A DNA stretch of 64,000 nucleotides from contig NC_043006.1 of the NCBI RefSeq assembly GCF_006345805.1, positions 86,428,001-86,492,000 of the forward strand, written 5' to 3'. The position numbers and the translations under genes were made by a program. Shown here in pieces: positions 23,478 through 36,976 of the stretch. This DNA is from Octopus sinensis (Eukaryota). Below the pieces are notes generated by a model. That model had not been told where the DNA came from. It did no database searches and saw nothing but the letters and a program-made list of their open reading frames with translations. How positions within the stretch are numbered: position 1 is the stretch's first letter; each line of letters begins with the position of its first letter.

Positions 23478-24164
23478 CTGTGCGCGTTTGTTTTTCTCTC
23501 ACAGCTTGACGCCCAGAGTTTGTGTCCCCTAGGGTGTTCAGAAAAATGTGATTGATAGAAATATGGACTATGAGTACTGATCAACTAAAACCCCTTAAGC
23601 AGCCCTCCAGCATGACTACAGTGCAATGACTGAAATAAGTAAAAAAATAGAAATATTATATATAAAACTATGGATGCTGACCTATCCAGGGATCATATTG
23701 AGGGGACAGATTTGAAAACCTCCATGTTTAATAGAGAAGAAAAAATGATGACAAGTGATATTACCGACCCATTCAGTGAGGAGAGCCTGAGTCACTGAGA
23801 AAGAACACATTAAATGATGTAGTTCTAGATACATGTCTGAAAATTTGATGGAATGGTCATAGCTGGAATACCTTTGATTATGGGCCTAAGGGATCAAATT
23901 TGACCTGTACCATTTATCTTTTATCTTTTATACTTGATTCAGTCTTTGGACTGTGGTCATGCTAGGACACTGCCTTGAAGAATTTTTTTAGTCAAATAAA
24001 TCAACCTCAGTGCTTTGTTTTAAGCCTGGTACTTATTCTATTGGTCTGTTTTGCTGAACCACTAGGTTACAGAGATGTAAACAAAACAACACTCGTTGTC
24101 AAGCAGTGGTGGGCAACAAACACAGACACAAAGACACACACACACACTGGGCTTCTTTCAGTTT
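19855..24164 (+). repeat. Tandem duplication of ~2.15 kb (19855-22004 / 22005-24161)
   Basis: Duplicated ORFs are offset by 2150-2157 bp. The junction tcagTTTggagtg has 3-bp microhomology. Each unit is a LINE 3' half plus SINE pieces. Confidence 0.95.
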
Positions 24165-24485
24165 CCTTCTACCAAATCCACTTGCAAGGCTTTGGTCAGC
24201 CTGAGGTTATATAATAGAAGTCACTTGCCAAAGGTACCATGCTGTGGAACTGAACCCATAATCATATAGTAAAAAAGCAAAATAGTGGAAACAAAATCAA
24301 TGTGTACTTTTCCTTTTGGTATGTAGATTAGATAATGACCGAAAGAATATTATTATGAATGCAAGTAACCAAAATGGTGTTCCTGTAAAGGGTCTCAGTG
24401 TTCACATTACTCCATGGGGTGTGTAACTCAGAAATCAAGAAGTCTCTCCAAGTCAAGCCACTACTTCTGTACATTGAGAGTTCAC

Positions 24486-24882
24486 AGGCGTAGGAGTGGT
24501 TGTGTGGTAAGTAGCTTGCTTACCAACCACATGGTTCCGGATTCAGTCCCACTGCAGGGCACCTTAGGCAAGTGTCTTCTACTATAGCCTTGGACCAACC
24601 AAAGCCTTGTGAGTGAATTTGGTAGACGGAAACTGAAAGAAGCCCGTCGTATATATGTATAATATATGTATGTGTGTGCATGTTTCTGTGTCTGTGTTTG
24701 TCCCTCCAACATTGCTTGACAACTGATGCTGGTGTGTTTAGGTCCCCACAACTTAGCGGTTCGGCAAAAGAGACTGATAGAATAAGTACTAGGCTTACAA
24801 AGAATAAGTCCTGGGGTTGATTTTGCTCGACTAAAGGCATGGCCACAGTCAAATGACTGAAACAAGTAAAAGAGTAAAAGAG
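24486..24882 (+). mobile_element. Full-length SINE family A
   Basis: aggcgtaggagtggttgtgtggtaag ... aacaagtaaaagagtaaaagag. Confidence 0.9.
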
Positions 24883-24987
24883 CTCTAGTACTTTGGACAT
24901 GTGATTAGAATGTCACAGGAAAGACTCACAAGATGGATTCTTTAAGCCAAGCCAACTAGCAGGAGACCTTACTGATAAACCAGGAAT

Positions 24988-25585
24988 AAAATATATATTA
25001 GTGACAGAGGCAGTTAAATGTGAATGCTCTGTTAGAACAAACTATACAGTGGGAGAAAATGAGAAAGTACTGTGGTAGTTACCATGAGAGAAAAAAACTA
25101 TGCTCCCAATATGAGAGCTTCTCTCATGGTATCTACTGCAGTATAGTTTGTTCTAACAGAACACTCACATTTAAGTGGAAATAAATATTACCTCTCAGTA
25201 TTTATACAGCCTATGTTACTTGAGACCCCCTTCAGTCAGGACTGACTGTGGGATTGCACCTAGAATGTTACCCACCCAGGCTTAAGTCCGGGCAAGGTTG
25301 TTTATGAAAGACCAGCAGTCGCCCAAGCATATCGGCCTCACTTCTGCACACCACCAGTTTTATCCAAGGGAAAGGCAACAGCAGATACAGCTTGGCACCT
25401 GTGACGTCACAACTCATTTCTACAGCTGAGTGAACTGGAGCAACGTGAAATAAAGTGTCTTGCTCAAGAACACAACACGCAGCCAAGTCTGGGATTCGAA
25501 CTCACAACCTCACGATCATAAGCTTGACACTCTAACTATTGAGCCATGTGCCTTCACAGCCTATGTTACTAATATATATATTTTT
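24988..25585. mobile_element. Nested inverted-repeat (foldback-like) element interrupted by a SINE
   Basis: Outer aaaatatatattagtgaca / tgttactaatatatatatttt. Inner ttaaatgtgaatgctctgttagaacaaactatac / gtatagtttgttctaacagaacactcacatttaa. Confidence 0.55.
25221..25555 (-). mobile_element. tRNA-derived SINE family C with a 15-bp TSD
   Basis: TSD acagcctatgttact at 25206-25220 and 25556-25570. A box, B box gttcgaatcc, and a gtgttcttgagcaagacactt core. Confidence 0.9.
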
Positions 25586-26749
25586 AAGAAGCTCACCAGT
25601 GCATGTTCAGCCATTATATATCACTAGCAGGGAGATGAGTCGCTAGTACATCCTTCTGTGAAGCATCCATCTCTAATGAGGCCAAGGACAGTCGAAACCA
25701 CGTGATCTAGTGGTTTCAACACTGGAGTTGGTGGGTAGTTATCTCCCTTCTAGTAATATAAACAAGCGTTCATGTTGCACCAAAAGTCGATATGAAAGTT
25801 TCACTCATGGTATCTCCCACCGTATAGTTGTTCTAATAAAACATCCACAGTTGAGCAGAGATAAATATTACCAACTATAAAATGGTTGTATAATATCCAT
25901 TGTCTCAGTCAGTCATGCTTGGGAATTTGGTCAGAAAGTGCTATGACAGTTGCTTCTGACAGTACCCTGTGGAGGAGGTACCTGAGGGCTATAACCCAAT
26001 AACACTCCCCAGAATAGTTGGTAGAGAAGATGGATGGATGGATGGAAAATAGTGTGGATAATTTGGAAGACGTGGTGAGGTCAGAATAGAAAAGTTAAGT
26101 GAATACTCATAGACAAAATCAACTATCAATCACATTTTGCTGAAACCCTAAAGAGGACACAAACTAATTTAAACTGACTGTCAAAATACTGAGAGAAAAA
26201 CAAACATGCTCATAGACTAAATAACACAGATTCAAGACAAATGGAGTCTTGCCATGTGACAGACTTCGTTAACTTATAATTTTCTCATTCAACAATAAAT
26301 TAAAGTAATGACTTAGTGTGTGTGTGTTGCAAAGCACTATATTTCAAAGACATTATTTTACCATTTGAAATTTTAGAACAGTGACAACCTGAGACAGTAT
26401 TAAAAGATGGCATTGTTTTTGATTTAACAAATTTAGCTAATTAATAGCAATAATATTTATGGTAGTCTCAGATGTGGTTGGATAATTATTTTGGCTTTCT
26501 CAAAGAAATTTTAATTCAAAGGAGAAGCAATATTTTCCTCCTGCATCACCACCACCACCACCACTAACAACAAGAACATTCTGATCTCTTTGCTAGTAAC
26601 ATCATCATCATCACCATCACCATCAATACTATTATCGGTGTTGTCATTGTGGTTAATGAGTGTCAGTATTATAACTGTCTTTTTCATTATTAAAAGTCAC
26701 TAAGTGCAAATGAATTGAGAAAGTGTTTGTAGGTTTGGGGTAGGTGTTT

Positions 26750-27325
<576 letters not shown>

Positions 27326-27762
27326 GTAGGAAGAATCAATTCATTCCCATTGAAGAGCTGTGATGTTTAACTTCATATTCCCTGCTGTCAACCGTTTTCT
27401 TTTGTTTGGTGAGGATGTGGCTGAGCTATAGCAACAGTCACTTTCCAAAAGTGACTAATGACTAAAACTGATTGACACACTATGTAATGAGAAGGTCAGA
27501 CAACAACACAATATTGAAGAAGCAGAGACGATATAGATAAAGGAGGCATACACTTTTGATTAGAGTTAATTATGGGGAATAGTAAAAGGTGAGAACTGAG
27601 TCTTGATTAAAGAGTTTCAGTGTTATTTTACAGAGTGGAGGGTGAAGAAATATTTTTGCAGAAGGACAAGATAGCAGAAAGGAATTCAGTGACTTGTCTA
27701 ACCAAACACCCACACAAAGGCACACTCGCCCCAATCCCCATTCAATAGTACATCTCTCCAAT

Positions 27763-28176
27763 AAGGCAACGAGCTAGCAGAAACGTTAGCACGCCGGGCG
27801 AAATGCTTAACTGTATTTTGTCTGCGGTTACATTCTGAGTTCAAATTCCGCCGAGGTCGACTTTGCCTTTCATCCTTTTGGGGTCGATTAAATAAGTACC
27901 AGTTACGTACTGGGGTCGATATCATCGACTTAATCCGTTTGTCTGTCCTTGTTTGTCCTCTCTGTGTTTAGCCCCTTGTGGGTAGTAAAGAAATAGGTAT
28001 TTTGTCTGCGGTTATGTTCTGAGTTCAAATTCCCCTGAGGTCGACTTTGCCTTTTATCCTTTCGGGGTTGATTAAATAAGTACCAGTTATGCACTGGGGT
28101 CTATATAATCGACTTAATCCGTTTGTCCTTGTTTGTCCTCTCTGTGTTTAGCCCCTTGTGGGTAGTAAAGAAATAG
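27763..28176 (+). mobile_element. SINE family B, full copy plus headless tandem copy, inside one 15-bp TSD
   Basis: TSD gtacatctctccaat at 27748-27762 and 28177-28191. The second unit restarts at ggtattttgtctgcgg (~27996). Confidence 0.9.
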
Positions 28177-28369
28177 GTACATCTCTCCAATTTCCCTCTT
28201 CACCTAATGGAACACTTATCCAATCTCCCCATGCATGACACACCTATCCAAACTCCATCACACATATTGGTACACCTACTAATCCCCACACAATAGAACT
28301 CCTATCCCCTCCTCACTCACTATGTCACATCTATCCAACTCCATGATATAGATAGATATAGACATTTGT

Positions 28370-28700
28370 TGGTCTCGATCTGTGCCTGGAAAATTTTGTG
28401 CCAGACTGCTGATAGCCATGCAGCATCTGCTGTGGTTCTACAGGCCCACACAGGAATGGCAGTCTTGCATGCAGTGACTGCATTTGAAGAAGCTCTCCAC
28501 TGGTGCTACTCACTTTCCTTTTCTTTGAGCACACTTTTCTTGCGTGACAAGTTCCAGTTTCTCTTTCCCTCACTCCATCTCCTTGTGTAGTATTTGTTTT
28601 CAGCATAGGTAATCATTTGCGACCTCTTCCCATCTCAGAATGTACAGACCGTCTCCCTTGCAGACGTCCTTAAAATGAAGATGAAACCATCCTCATGCTT
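28370..28700 (-). mobile_element. RTE-clade LINE C-terminal remnant
   Basis: Broken frames read LHFKDVCK...WEEVAND...FKCSHCMQDCHSCVGL*NHSRC, matching the RTE terminal zinc-finger region. Confidence 0.65.
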
Positions 28701-30269
28701 TGTATGCTTCATGGACTATGTGCCACTAACACCCTCTTCCAACTCCACGACAAAGTGTAATATTAACTACGTTATATCAAACAGACTTATGAGATTTGAC
28801 TTTTGTTTGTAGTAGGTCAAGTTCTGTGCAGAGGCTACTTCTTCAACTCAAATTATTTAAGTAAATAAACAAAAGAATAAATTGGCTTTATGGTTGGGGG
28901 AACCCAATTTCCAGTTTCATCAATGAAACATGACTGTGACTAAGAATCTCATTGGTTTCAGGTTCAAACCTGCTGAGTAACACATTAATGAATTGCTTTC
29001 TAGCATATCCTTGGGTTGGTCAAAACCTTGTGAGTTTTATGGAAACTGTGGGGGTTTATTGTAGGGAGGGAGGGATTATTATTGCAACTTGATAGTAGAC
29101 TTAACCCATTGCCTGATTTAACAGTCATCTGGCTCCTTTGGATGCCTTGGTAGAGTTGACTCTGTTGGAAGTATTTTAACCAGGCCTATATCTGTAGATA
29201 ACTTCCTCAGTCTTCCTCTCACCCATCATGGAAACCTTAGTATGAGTATTACTCTTATATCTCTCACTAAGCCATTACAAATAAACAAAACAAAAACAAA
29301 CAATAACGAAATTGAGGGAAACTGATGTTTATGGCTATTAAGTTTCTGTGGAATTGGACTGTTCAAAGGAGATTGTTTTTATTGTCAGTACCAAAGCACT
29401 GGAACCTGTGTCTTTTGATTTCATTGTTGTGCATTCTTGTTAATTACATTTGCTAATTCTCCAACCAAGTTTCTCTTAATTATACTGACCCCTCAAATGG
29501 TAAATAAGAGTTGTTATCAGAATAAGGAAAGTTCATTACATATCATGCAACCAGTTCAAAGAACGTGTAGTGTTGGATATTCTATAATTGTCTTATTTTA
29601 TTCTGTTAATTACCAACAGTAGAAATGATATGAGATCATTAAGGCTCCATGCTCTTATGTAGTAGTCTGTAGTAGAATAGCAGCTTGCTGTTTATTATAT
29701 AAGTTGAATAATACTACTTCATTAGTTGACAACTTTTGAAGTGTGAAATAAATCTCTGGTTAGATATTGACTAGTTAAAATTATGGATTACAAGAATTTT
29801 CACACTTCAGAAATTACTTTAATCAACCATGTCATTAATAAGAATCAGTCCACCTAAGTTAAAGGATAAATCTGCTCAGGTCTTTGATAAATTCATTATC
29901 TGGGTTGAAAGATATCTTAAACTTTGAACCAAATGGGAGCAATAAATTGGACTTATATATATTAAGTTTTGGAGATTCAGCAACTAGTTACTATGATGAA
30001 ACAGAGTGGCCTGAAATTACAAAAGAGGAGGCAGAAGATGGCAACGTTTACTGTACAAGTGGAACAAATTTCGATGTTTCAAAATTACTAGTAGGGGATA
30101 TACTCAGTGAATGAATAAGGCTATGTTTGTTGAAACAACTGCTTGGTCAATTAATTAATGAGAACCATCAGCAAAGAGGAGCTCCCAAGGGCAGCCCATC
30201 TTAAATTCCTCTGTTATGGCCTGGAGGACTATGATGAACAAGATGGAGCTGAGAACCAATCCTTGGTGA

Positions 30270-31470
30270 ATTCCTACTTGTACACTGAATTCATTGCTAT
30301 ACCAAATAAGGGATAGTGAACCCTGTCACCTCTATACTTGGCTTTTGTTGACATAGAGAAAGCCTTTGACAGGATCCCCTGCTCCCTTATTTGGTGGTCA
30401 ATGCTGAAGCTAGGGATAGATGAGTGATTAGTGAAAGCTGTATAAGCCATGTACAGGGGTGCTGTATGTAAGATGAAAATTGGCAACAAGTAGAGCAATG
30501 AATTCAGATGTACAGGTAGGAGTTCACTAAAGATTGGTTCTCAGCTCCCTCTTGTTCATTATAGTTCTCCAAACAATAACAGAGGAATCTAAGATGAGCT
30601 GCTTCTAGGAGCTTCTCTATACTGATGACCTTGATCTTATCACTGAATCTAAAGAAGAAATTTCAAGTGTGGAAGCAAGGTTTGGAATCAAAAGGCCTTA
30701 GAGTTAATTCAGCAAAGGCCAAGGTCTTTAGTTAGTAGGAAAACCGATAAATCACAAATCTCTTCAGAGAGATGGCTCTACTCGAAATGTAGAAAAGGTG
30801 TCGGCAGAAATTCAGTTAGGTGCAAGCTACAGACACATAAAAGGTGAAGCAGTATCAGAAAAAGGTTAACAGAGAAAGTAGTCTTTGTGTATAGCAAAAG
30901 TGTAGATACAATAAACACAAAGAATGTACAGAAAATAAACTTTGTCAAATGCCCTAGGGGATACTTTGAAGTAGCAGATATCTCCTATTACTTAGGTGAC
31001 CAAGTTAGCAATGGAGGAAGATGCTCTGAGAGCATAGCTGCTAGAATAAAAATGGGCTGGGAAAAATTCAGAGAGCTATTACATTTGTGGTAACAAAGGG
31101 CCTTTTCCTCAGAGTGGAAGGCAGATTGTATGATGCCTTTGTGCAAACTGCCATGTTACATGCCAGTGAAACATAGGCTGTGACTGCAGAGGACATGCAA
31201 AAGTTTGAAAGAAATTAAGCTAGTATGCTCTGCTAGCTGTGTAATGTTAGTGTGTACATGCAACAGAGTGTAAGTGTCTTAAGACAAAAATTGGGTATAA
31301 GAGGAATCAGATGTAGCATGCATGAGAGATGGTAGTGCTTGGTATGGTCATGTGATGCATATGGATGAGGATAACTGTAAAAAGAAGAGCTGATCTCTAA
31401 CTGAAGGGAACTTATGGAAGAGGTAAACCCAGGAAGGCATGGGTGAGGTGGTGAAATAAGATCTTCAATC
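30270..31470 (+). mobile_element. Degenerate RTE-clade LINE (RT domain and C-terminus)
   Basis: LYLAFVDIEKAFDRIP, ELLYTDDL, YLGDQVSNGGRCSESIAARIKMGWEKFREL and GHVMHMDED, with many stops. Confidence 0.85.
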
Positions 31471-33044
31471 ACTTGCTATTTCCTCATGGAAGCAATTACA
31501 AGCGCCTGAGACTTCTCGCAATTTGTTGTGCTCAATAAGATACATCAAGCTAAGTGAAGTTGTAGTTGTGGACAGTGCTGATGACACATGAGAGGTGCCC
31601 ATGCCAGTGTCATGTGATAGGCACCTGTGTCAGTGACATGTAAAAGGCACCTGTGCCTTGTAAAAGACACTCAGTGCACTCTATAAAGTGGTTGGTATTA
31701 GGAGGGGCATCTGGCCATATAAACCAAACCAAAACAGACTGGAGCCTGGTGTAGCTCTCTGGTTTATGAGCTCCAAACCATCTTACCCATGCTAGCATGG
31801 GTAACAGTTACTAAGTAATGAAAAGGATGAGTAAGCTAGTAAAACCTTTATATTGACATAAATAATATGTCCCACTATTGACAATGTCTTAATTATGAAA
31901 TGATAGGATACTCTGCAAAGATTTGCTGAGAACCAATAGTATTAACCATATCAATGCACCAAAAGCCAAAACAAAAAGTTCTTTCTGGCACAATAAATGC
32001 ACACAACTTGTTCATGGAGAATTGTCTTTGGTTCACAAAGACATTGTGAAAAAAGCTTGATATGAAATTTACTGTAAATCCTCTTAACATGCAACCTGTT
32101 GATGGAAACGAGTTTAATATAATTGGATTCTAAACATTGAAATAAACACTTACTGCTTAGTAGTTGAAGATCTTGCTGTCTGGAATTTCTGATTCTGCTT
32201 ATCTCTGCATTGTCATGATATTAGTCGCTTGAGACTGAATTTGAAGCTAAACTATCACCCTTAACTGTGTCTGCTATTTTTCTTGATCAGAAATTTAATA
32301 GCGTAACTGATAAACCTTCAAAATTTCAAATATTTACTGATTCAAGCTAATCAATTTCTACAGAAACAATGGCCATACTCTGCCCCACTTAAAATCACTG
32401 TATTGAAGGCAGCAAATTTGCTAGAGCTAAATAATAAACTTTTGACTGAGAAAGAAATTATATTTTCAAAATCATCAACGTTTTCTCAAGTTGTAGTCAT
32501 CAAATGAGGTGGCAAAAGGCATCTAGTGATTATGCATTTACTATTAGTGGATAAAAAGTGCTAAATGCATTTCTCATTCCACTCATTAGTGACATTATGT
32601 TTTAAGCCAGTTCATGGATATCATTATTTCAATACCGTAGGACAATTGTTCAGTATGTTATCAAATGACTATACCTATCCAGGAGCAACATTTTACAGTC
32701 TATGAAGCAAATAAGTAGTTATACATATAAAGGTAGAGGCATGATTGTGTGTGTAAAATGTTTGTTTTCTAACCATGTGGTCTGGGGTTCAACTTCACAG
32801 TGGCAGCTTGTGCAAGTGTATTCTACTATAATCCTTGCTTAACTAAAGTCTTGTGAGAGGATTTTGTAGATGGACACTAAAAGGAGTCCATTGTGTGTGT
32901 TAGTGCATGGGCGTGTCTACTCTTGACACATGTAATAGCTGTAAATGAGAGTCATACAGTTTTATATTTAAGCGATGAGGAATTATGTACATTATTTACA
33001 TTATTTATATTTGATGGATATTTGACCTCATCTTGTTTGTTGTT

Positions 33045-33090
33045 AACACAACGTTTTGGCTGATATACCCTCCAGCCTTCATCAGGTGTC
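33045..33090 (-). ncRNA. Minimal (Penelope-type) hammerhead ribozyme with a G12A change
   Basis: Reverse complement reads gacac CTGATGA a ggctg gagggtatat cagcc aAAAC GTT gtgtt. Stems I and II pair; stem III is the palindrome AACGTT. Confidence 0.75.
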
Positions 33091-33137
33091 TTGCAGAATT
33101 TTCGAACCTGGGTTCTCATTCCTAAGGTATTTTTCGA

Positions 33138-33179
<42 letters not shown>

Positions 33180-33180
<1 letters not shown>

Positions 33181-33408
33181 GAATGAGAGAGCAGTGCATG
33201 CCATCAAAGTGACACTGGGGTAAAATATACGAAGCCCAATATACCCATCATGACTACCCGTCTGATAAGGGCACACCAGGCACATGCATCACAACCATAT
33301 GTGCGCGACATGGTGACCTCATATCAAGATAAACTGCACATGACCTTGCAGGTGGGGCCCAGTTAGAATTTTCTTCAGGTTGAGTAGCCCATCCCGCTCA
33401 AACGGTCC
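33180..33408 (-). mobile_element. 5'-truncated copy of the TAA-embedded retroposon at 1011-1567
   Basis: Matches 1011-1240 and sits in the (TTA)n tract of the left arm of the dimer. Confidence 0.85.
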
Positions 33409-34244
33409 AAACCCTTGGGTTGTTTATTATTATTATTGTTGTTTATTATTATTAGGGTTGTTTATTATTATTATTGTTATTATTATTATTCAGGTCACTG
33501 CTTGGAATCGAACTCGGAATCTTAGGGTTAGTAGCCCATGCACTTAACCACAACGCTATATGCCCATGGGCATATGGCATAGTGGTTAAGAGTGTATGTG
33601 ACTAACCCCAAGATTCCGAGTTTGATTCCAAACAGTGACCTGAATAATAATAACAATAATAATAATAATAATAATATCGAAAAACACCTTAGGAATGAGA
33701 ACCCAGGTTCAAAATTTCCCCAAGACATCTCATAAAGGCTGGAGGGTATATCAGCCAAAACGTTGTGTTAATAACAATCAAGATGACGACAAATAGCCAC
33801 CAAATGTAAATAGTGTAAATAATGTAAATGAGAGTCATGTTATACAAGTGGCATCATTGGATTCCAATCTTCCATGTAAACATCTGGCCATAAGGAAATA
33901 TTATCTTGCTAAAAAAACAAGTGAGGACTGGGAGCAGGAAAGGCATTTGGCTATAGTAAATCTGCATCTGTGAATCCAATCTGGTCTATTCAAGCAAGGA
34001 AAGATGAATGTTAAAATGTTGATGTCATTAACTCTTTTGGAGTGAGAAAATGGAGTACTTTATTTTAGCAATGTAATGAGAGAAATTACTTTGATGCAGT
34101 GATATTCTTTGCTTTTATTCTTTTACTTGCACCAGTAATTTGACTGTGGCCATGTTGGAGCACCACCTTGAAGGGTTTTCTTAGTCAAACAAATCAACAA
34201 ATCAACCCAAGGACTTATCTTTTTTTAAGCTTAGTACACATGCA

Positions 34245-34419
34245 CACACACATAGATACATACATACATACATACATACATACATTCACACATACGTATA
34301 TATATACACACACACATATATATATATATACATACATACATATATATATACATATATATATACATACATATATATATACATACATATATATATATACACA
34401 TATATATATACATACATAT

Positions 34420-34493
<74 letters not shown>

Positions 34494-34560
34494 CATACAT
34501 ATACATACATATATATATATACATATATATATACATATATATATATATATACACACATAT
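34245..34560. repeat. (TA)n/(TACA)n microsatellite within a SINE A remnant
   Basis: Directly visible. Confidence 0.95.
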
Positions 34561-36976
34561 ATGGGCAGATTTTTTATCAGTGATAAAAAATCTGCCCATG
34601 AGTAAAGATCTACTACCATGTTTTTACTGATAAAATTCACCTCTCTGTCTATACACCTACCCCCTTTGCAATGTTGGCAAATGGAATAAGTATAAAAATG
34701 AACATTGTCAATTTAATTAAAAAATTCCACATGTGGCTGAAGATTGCTCTACATTTTAAAACTGACGTAATACTTACATTGTTTAATTAAATGAAGTAGC
34801 ATGAAACTATTGTACTACACTACCTTTGGATATCCTTGTTGCTTATTTTGATTATAATCACCCCATTTTATTTATATGGATAATGCCATACCAAATTCTG
34901 GTGCCTTTAACTTAAGTACCATATTCATCTGAATCTAAATTTTTGCCCAAGGTGCTACACAGTGGGACTGAACCCTGAACCATGTGGTTGGGAAGCAAAT
35001 TTCTTACAATACGACCATACCTGTGCCTATGTGGAAAAAATAATAGGATCCATTATGAAAATTTGCAAGTTTTTCTCAAAAGTGCCAAAGTAGTAAGAAC
35101 TCTTACAGTTCTCTAAAAATGTCAACAAGGAACAATGAATCAGTTACACTGTACCTTCATTTTTTTTAGAAATCCAGTTACTGTCAGATTTCAACAGACT
35201 GTGGTCACTATTTCATCTTCTGCCGCTTGGAGTCTCCAAAGAATTTGAATGTTTTGTTTGGTTAATTGTATAGTATTCAAAATGGATGACAAGTTTTACT
35301 GAAATTTGCAGCTAAAAGATATCAATGCCTTTCATTATTGACCAAATGTCTTTATGCAATTAAGAAATTGAAAGGAGTGTTGTAATGGCTTCATTATCAG
35401 TGTCAACACCTGGTCCATACCACCTGTTGAAATGGTTGCATCTGTAACAACATCAATAGGTTTTGTTCTAATGCAAAATAGGTAACCAATTTGCTTCTAT
35501 TCACATCAATTGAATGATATTGGAAAGAAATGTCTGGCTGTTCAGTCAGATGTCCGAGACAAATCAATTAAAAAGTGACATTACCTGTTACTGCAAAAAT
35601 TCTAACTTTTTACTGATACATAAGAATAGCCATCACTTACTGGAATGACAACCTTACCTACTTTTTGTTATTTTTGACCATTAAAAGTGCTAAACTGTGT
35701 TGTTAGAAACTACATCTTAAACCCATGTATGAAATACAATACTCACAGGAAAGAAAGAATTTGACTACAGCTGCTTTAAGCAGAATTTCTGAAGTTGCTG
35801 GAGATAATCAAATGATATCAAATAATGAGCACTCACATGTACACACACACACACCACACACACACACACACATGACAAGACTTCTCAAAGATATGGAACT
35901 TTGGTTTGGAGTGAAAAATTTTGAATATCAACAACATTAAGAAAACACAACACAGAGAAAACTGGACAGTGTGATGTATATAAAAACCTCATATTTATAA
36001 CTGACCAAATTATTCTATCAACAGTGGCTGTCACTTGATATTGTAGCATGAAAAATAATTACTAAAATAGGTAATGCGTTAACAGCACCCAAATTACCCT
36101 TTCATAATTGCCATAACTCTAGCAACTTTTTAAGCTTTCATTTGATGTTTATCCTCATTATTCCCCTCATCAGTGTCCCAGGCTTTGTTTATAGTGAATA
36201 TGGCACTCAATTTGAAAACACTGAATTTTTGGAATTGCTCTCAAATTTTGGCACAAGGCCAGCAATTTTAGGTTAGGTAGTGAGTCGATTACATCAATCC
36301 CAGTGCTCAATTGGTGCTTATTTTATTGACCCTGACAGGATGAGAAGCAAGGTCAGCTTTGGCAGAATTTGAACTAAGAAAGTAAAGACAGATGGAGTGC
36401 CTCTAAGAAATTTGCTTGGCTAATGATTCTGCCAGCTCACTGCCTTCAGCAGGTGGAATATTAAAAACAGATCAGAATAACTCATTATTTATCATCAAAG
36501 GAGCAAAATAACTGTTAATATGACATGGTGTGGACAACTACTCAGTTACATCTAATGCAAACAAACAAGATAACAGGACAGTAAAGTGTCTCACTTTTAG
36601 GAATATTGGATCATTGCTTTCTACAGTTTTAAACATGTTATAAATTTTGTAGCATAATATCTAACTTTACATGTGGCACTGCACTAGGAAACTTTGAAGA
36701 AACTGATGAACTCTGCAACAACGACAAAATGAATTCTTGACATAGAAAAATTAAAAGAAATGTTTTATACTAAAAAAGACAGCAAAAAATTAGAAATTTT
36801 CATCATCATCCTTTCACATCCCTCTTGCATGCTGGCATGGGCTGAATGGTTTAACCAGAGCTGGCAAGTATGAGAGTTGCACTAGGTTCCAGTCTGGGAT
36901 GCTTTTAAAGGTATTAGTAATTTGAAGGTGGCGAGCTGGCAGAAACGTTAGCACATCGGGCAAAATATCTGTATAT

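Larger units (their letters stand above)
32956..33822. mobile_element. Head-to-head dimer of a tRNA-headed element with a Penelope-type hammerhead tail
   Basis: Symmetry axis at 33566/33567 (atatgccca|tgggcatat). Each arm is A/B boxes + (TAA)n + ~170-bp tail with an HHR. Flanking repeat tgtaaatgagagtcat at 32940-32955 and 33823-33838. Confidence 0.85.

Noticed and set aside
33491-33643. Bona fide tRNA genes
   Set aside because: A/B boxes are present, but the acceptor stems do not form and the sequences continue into repeat bodies. They are SINE heads.
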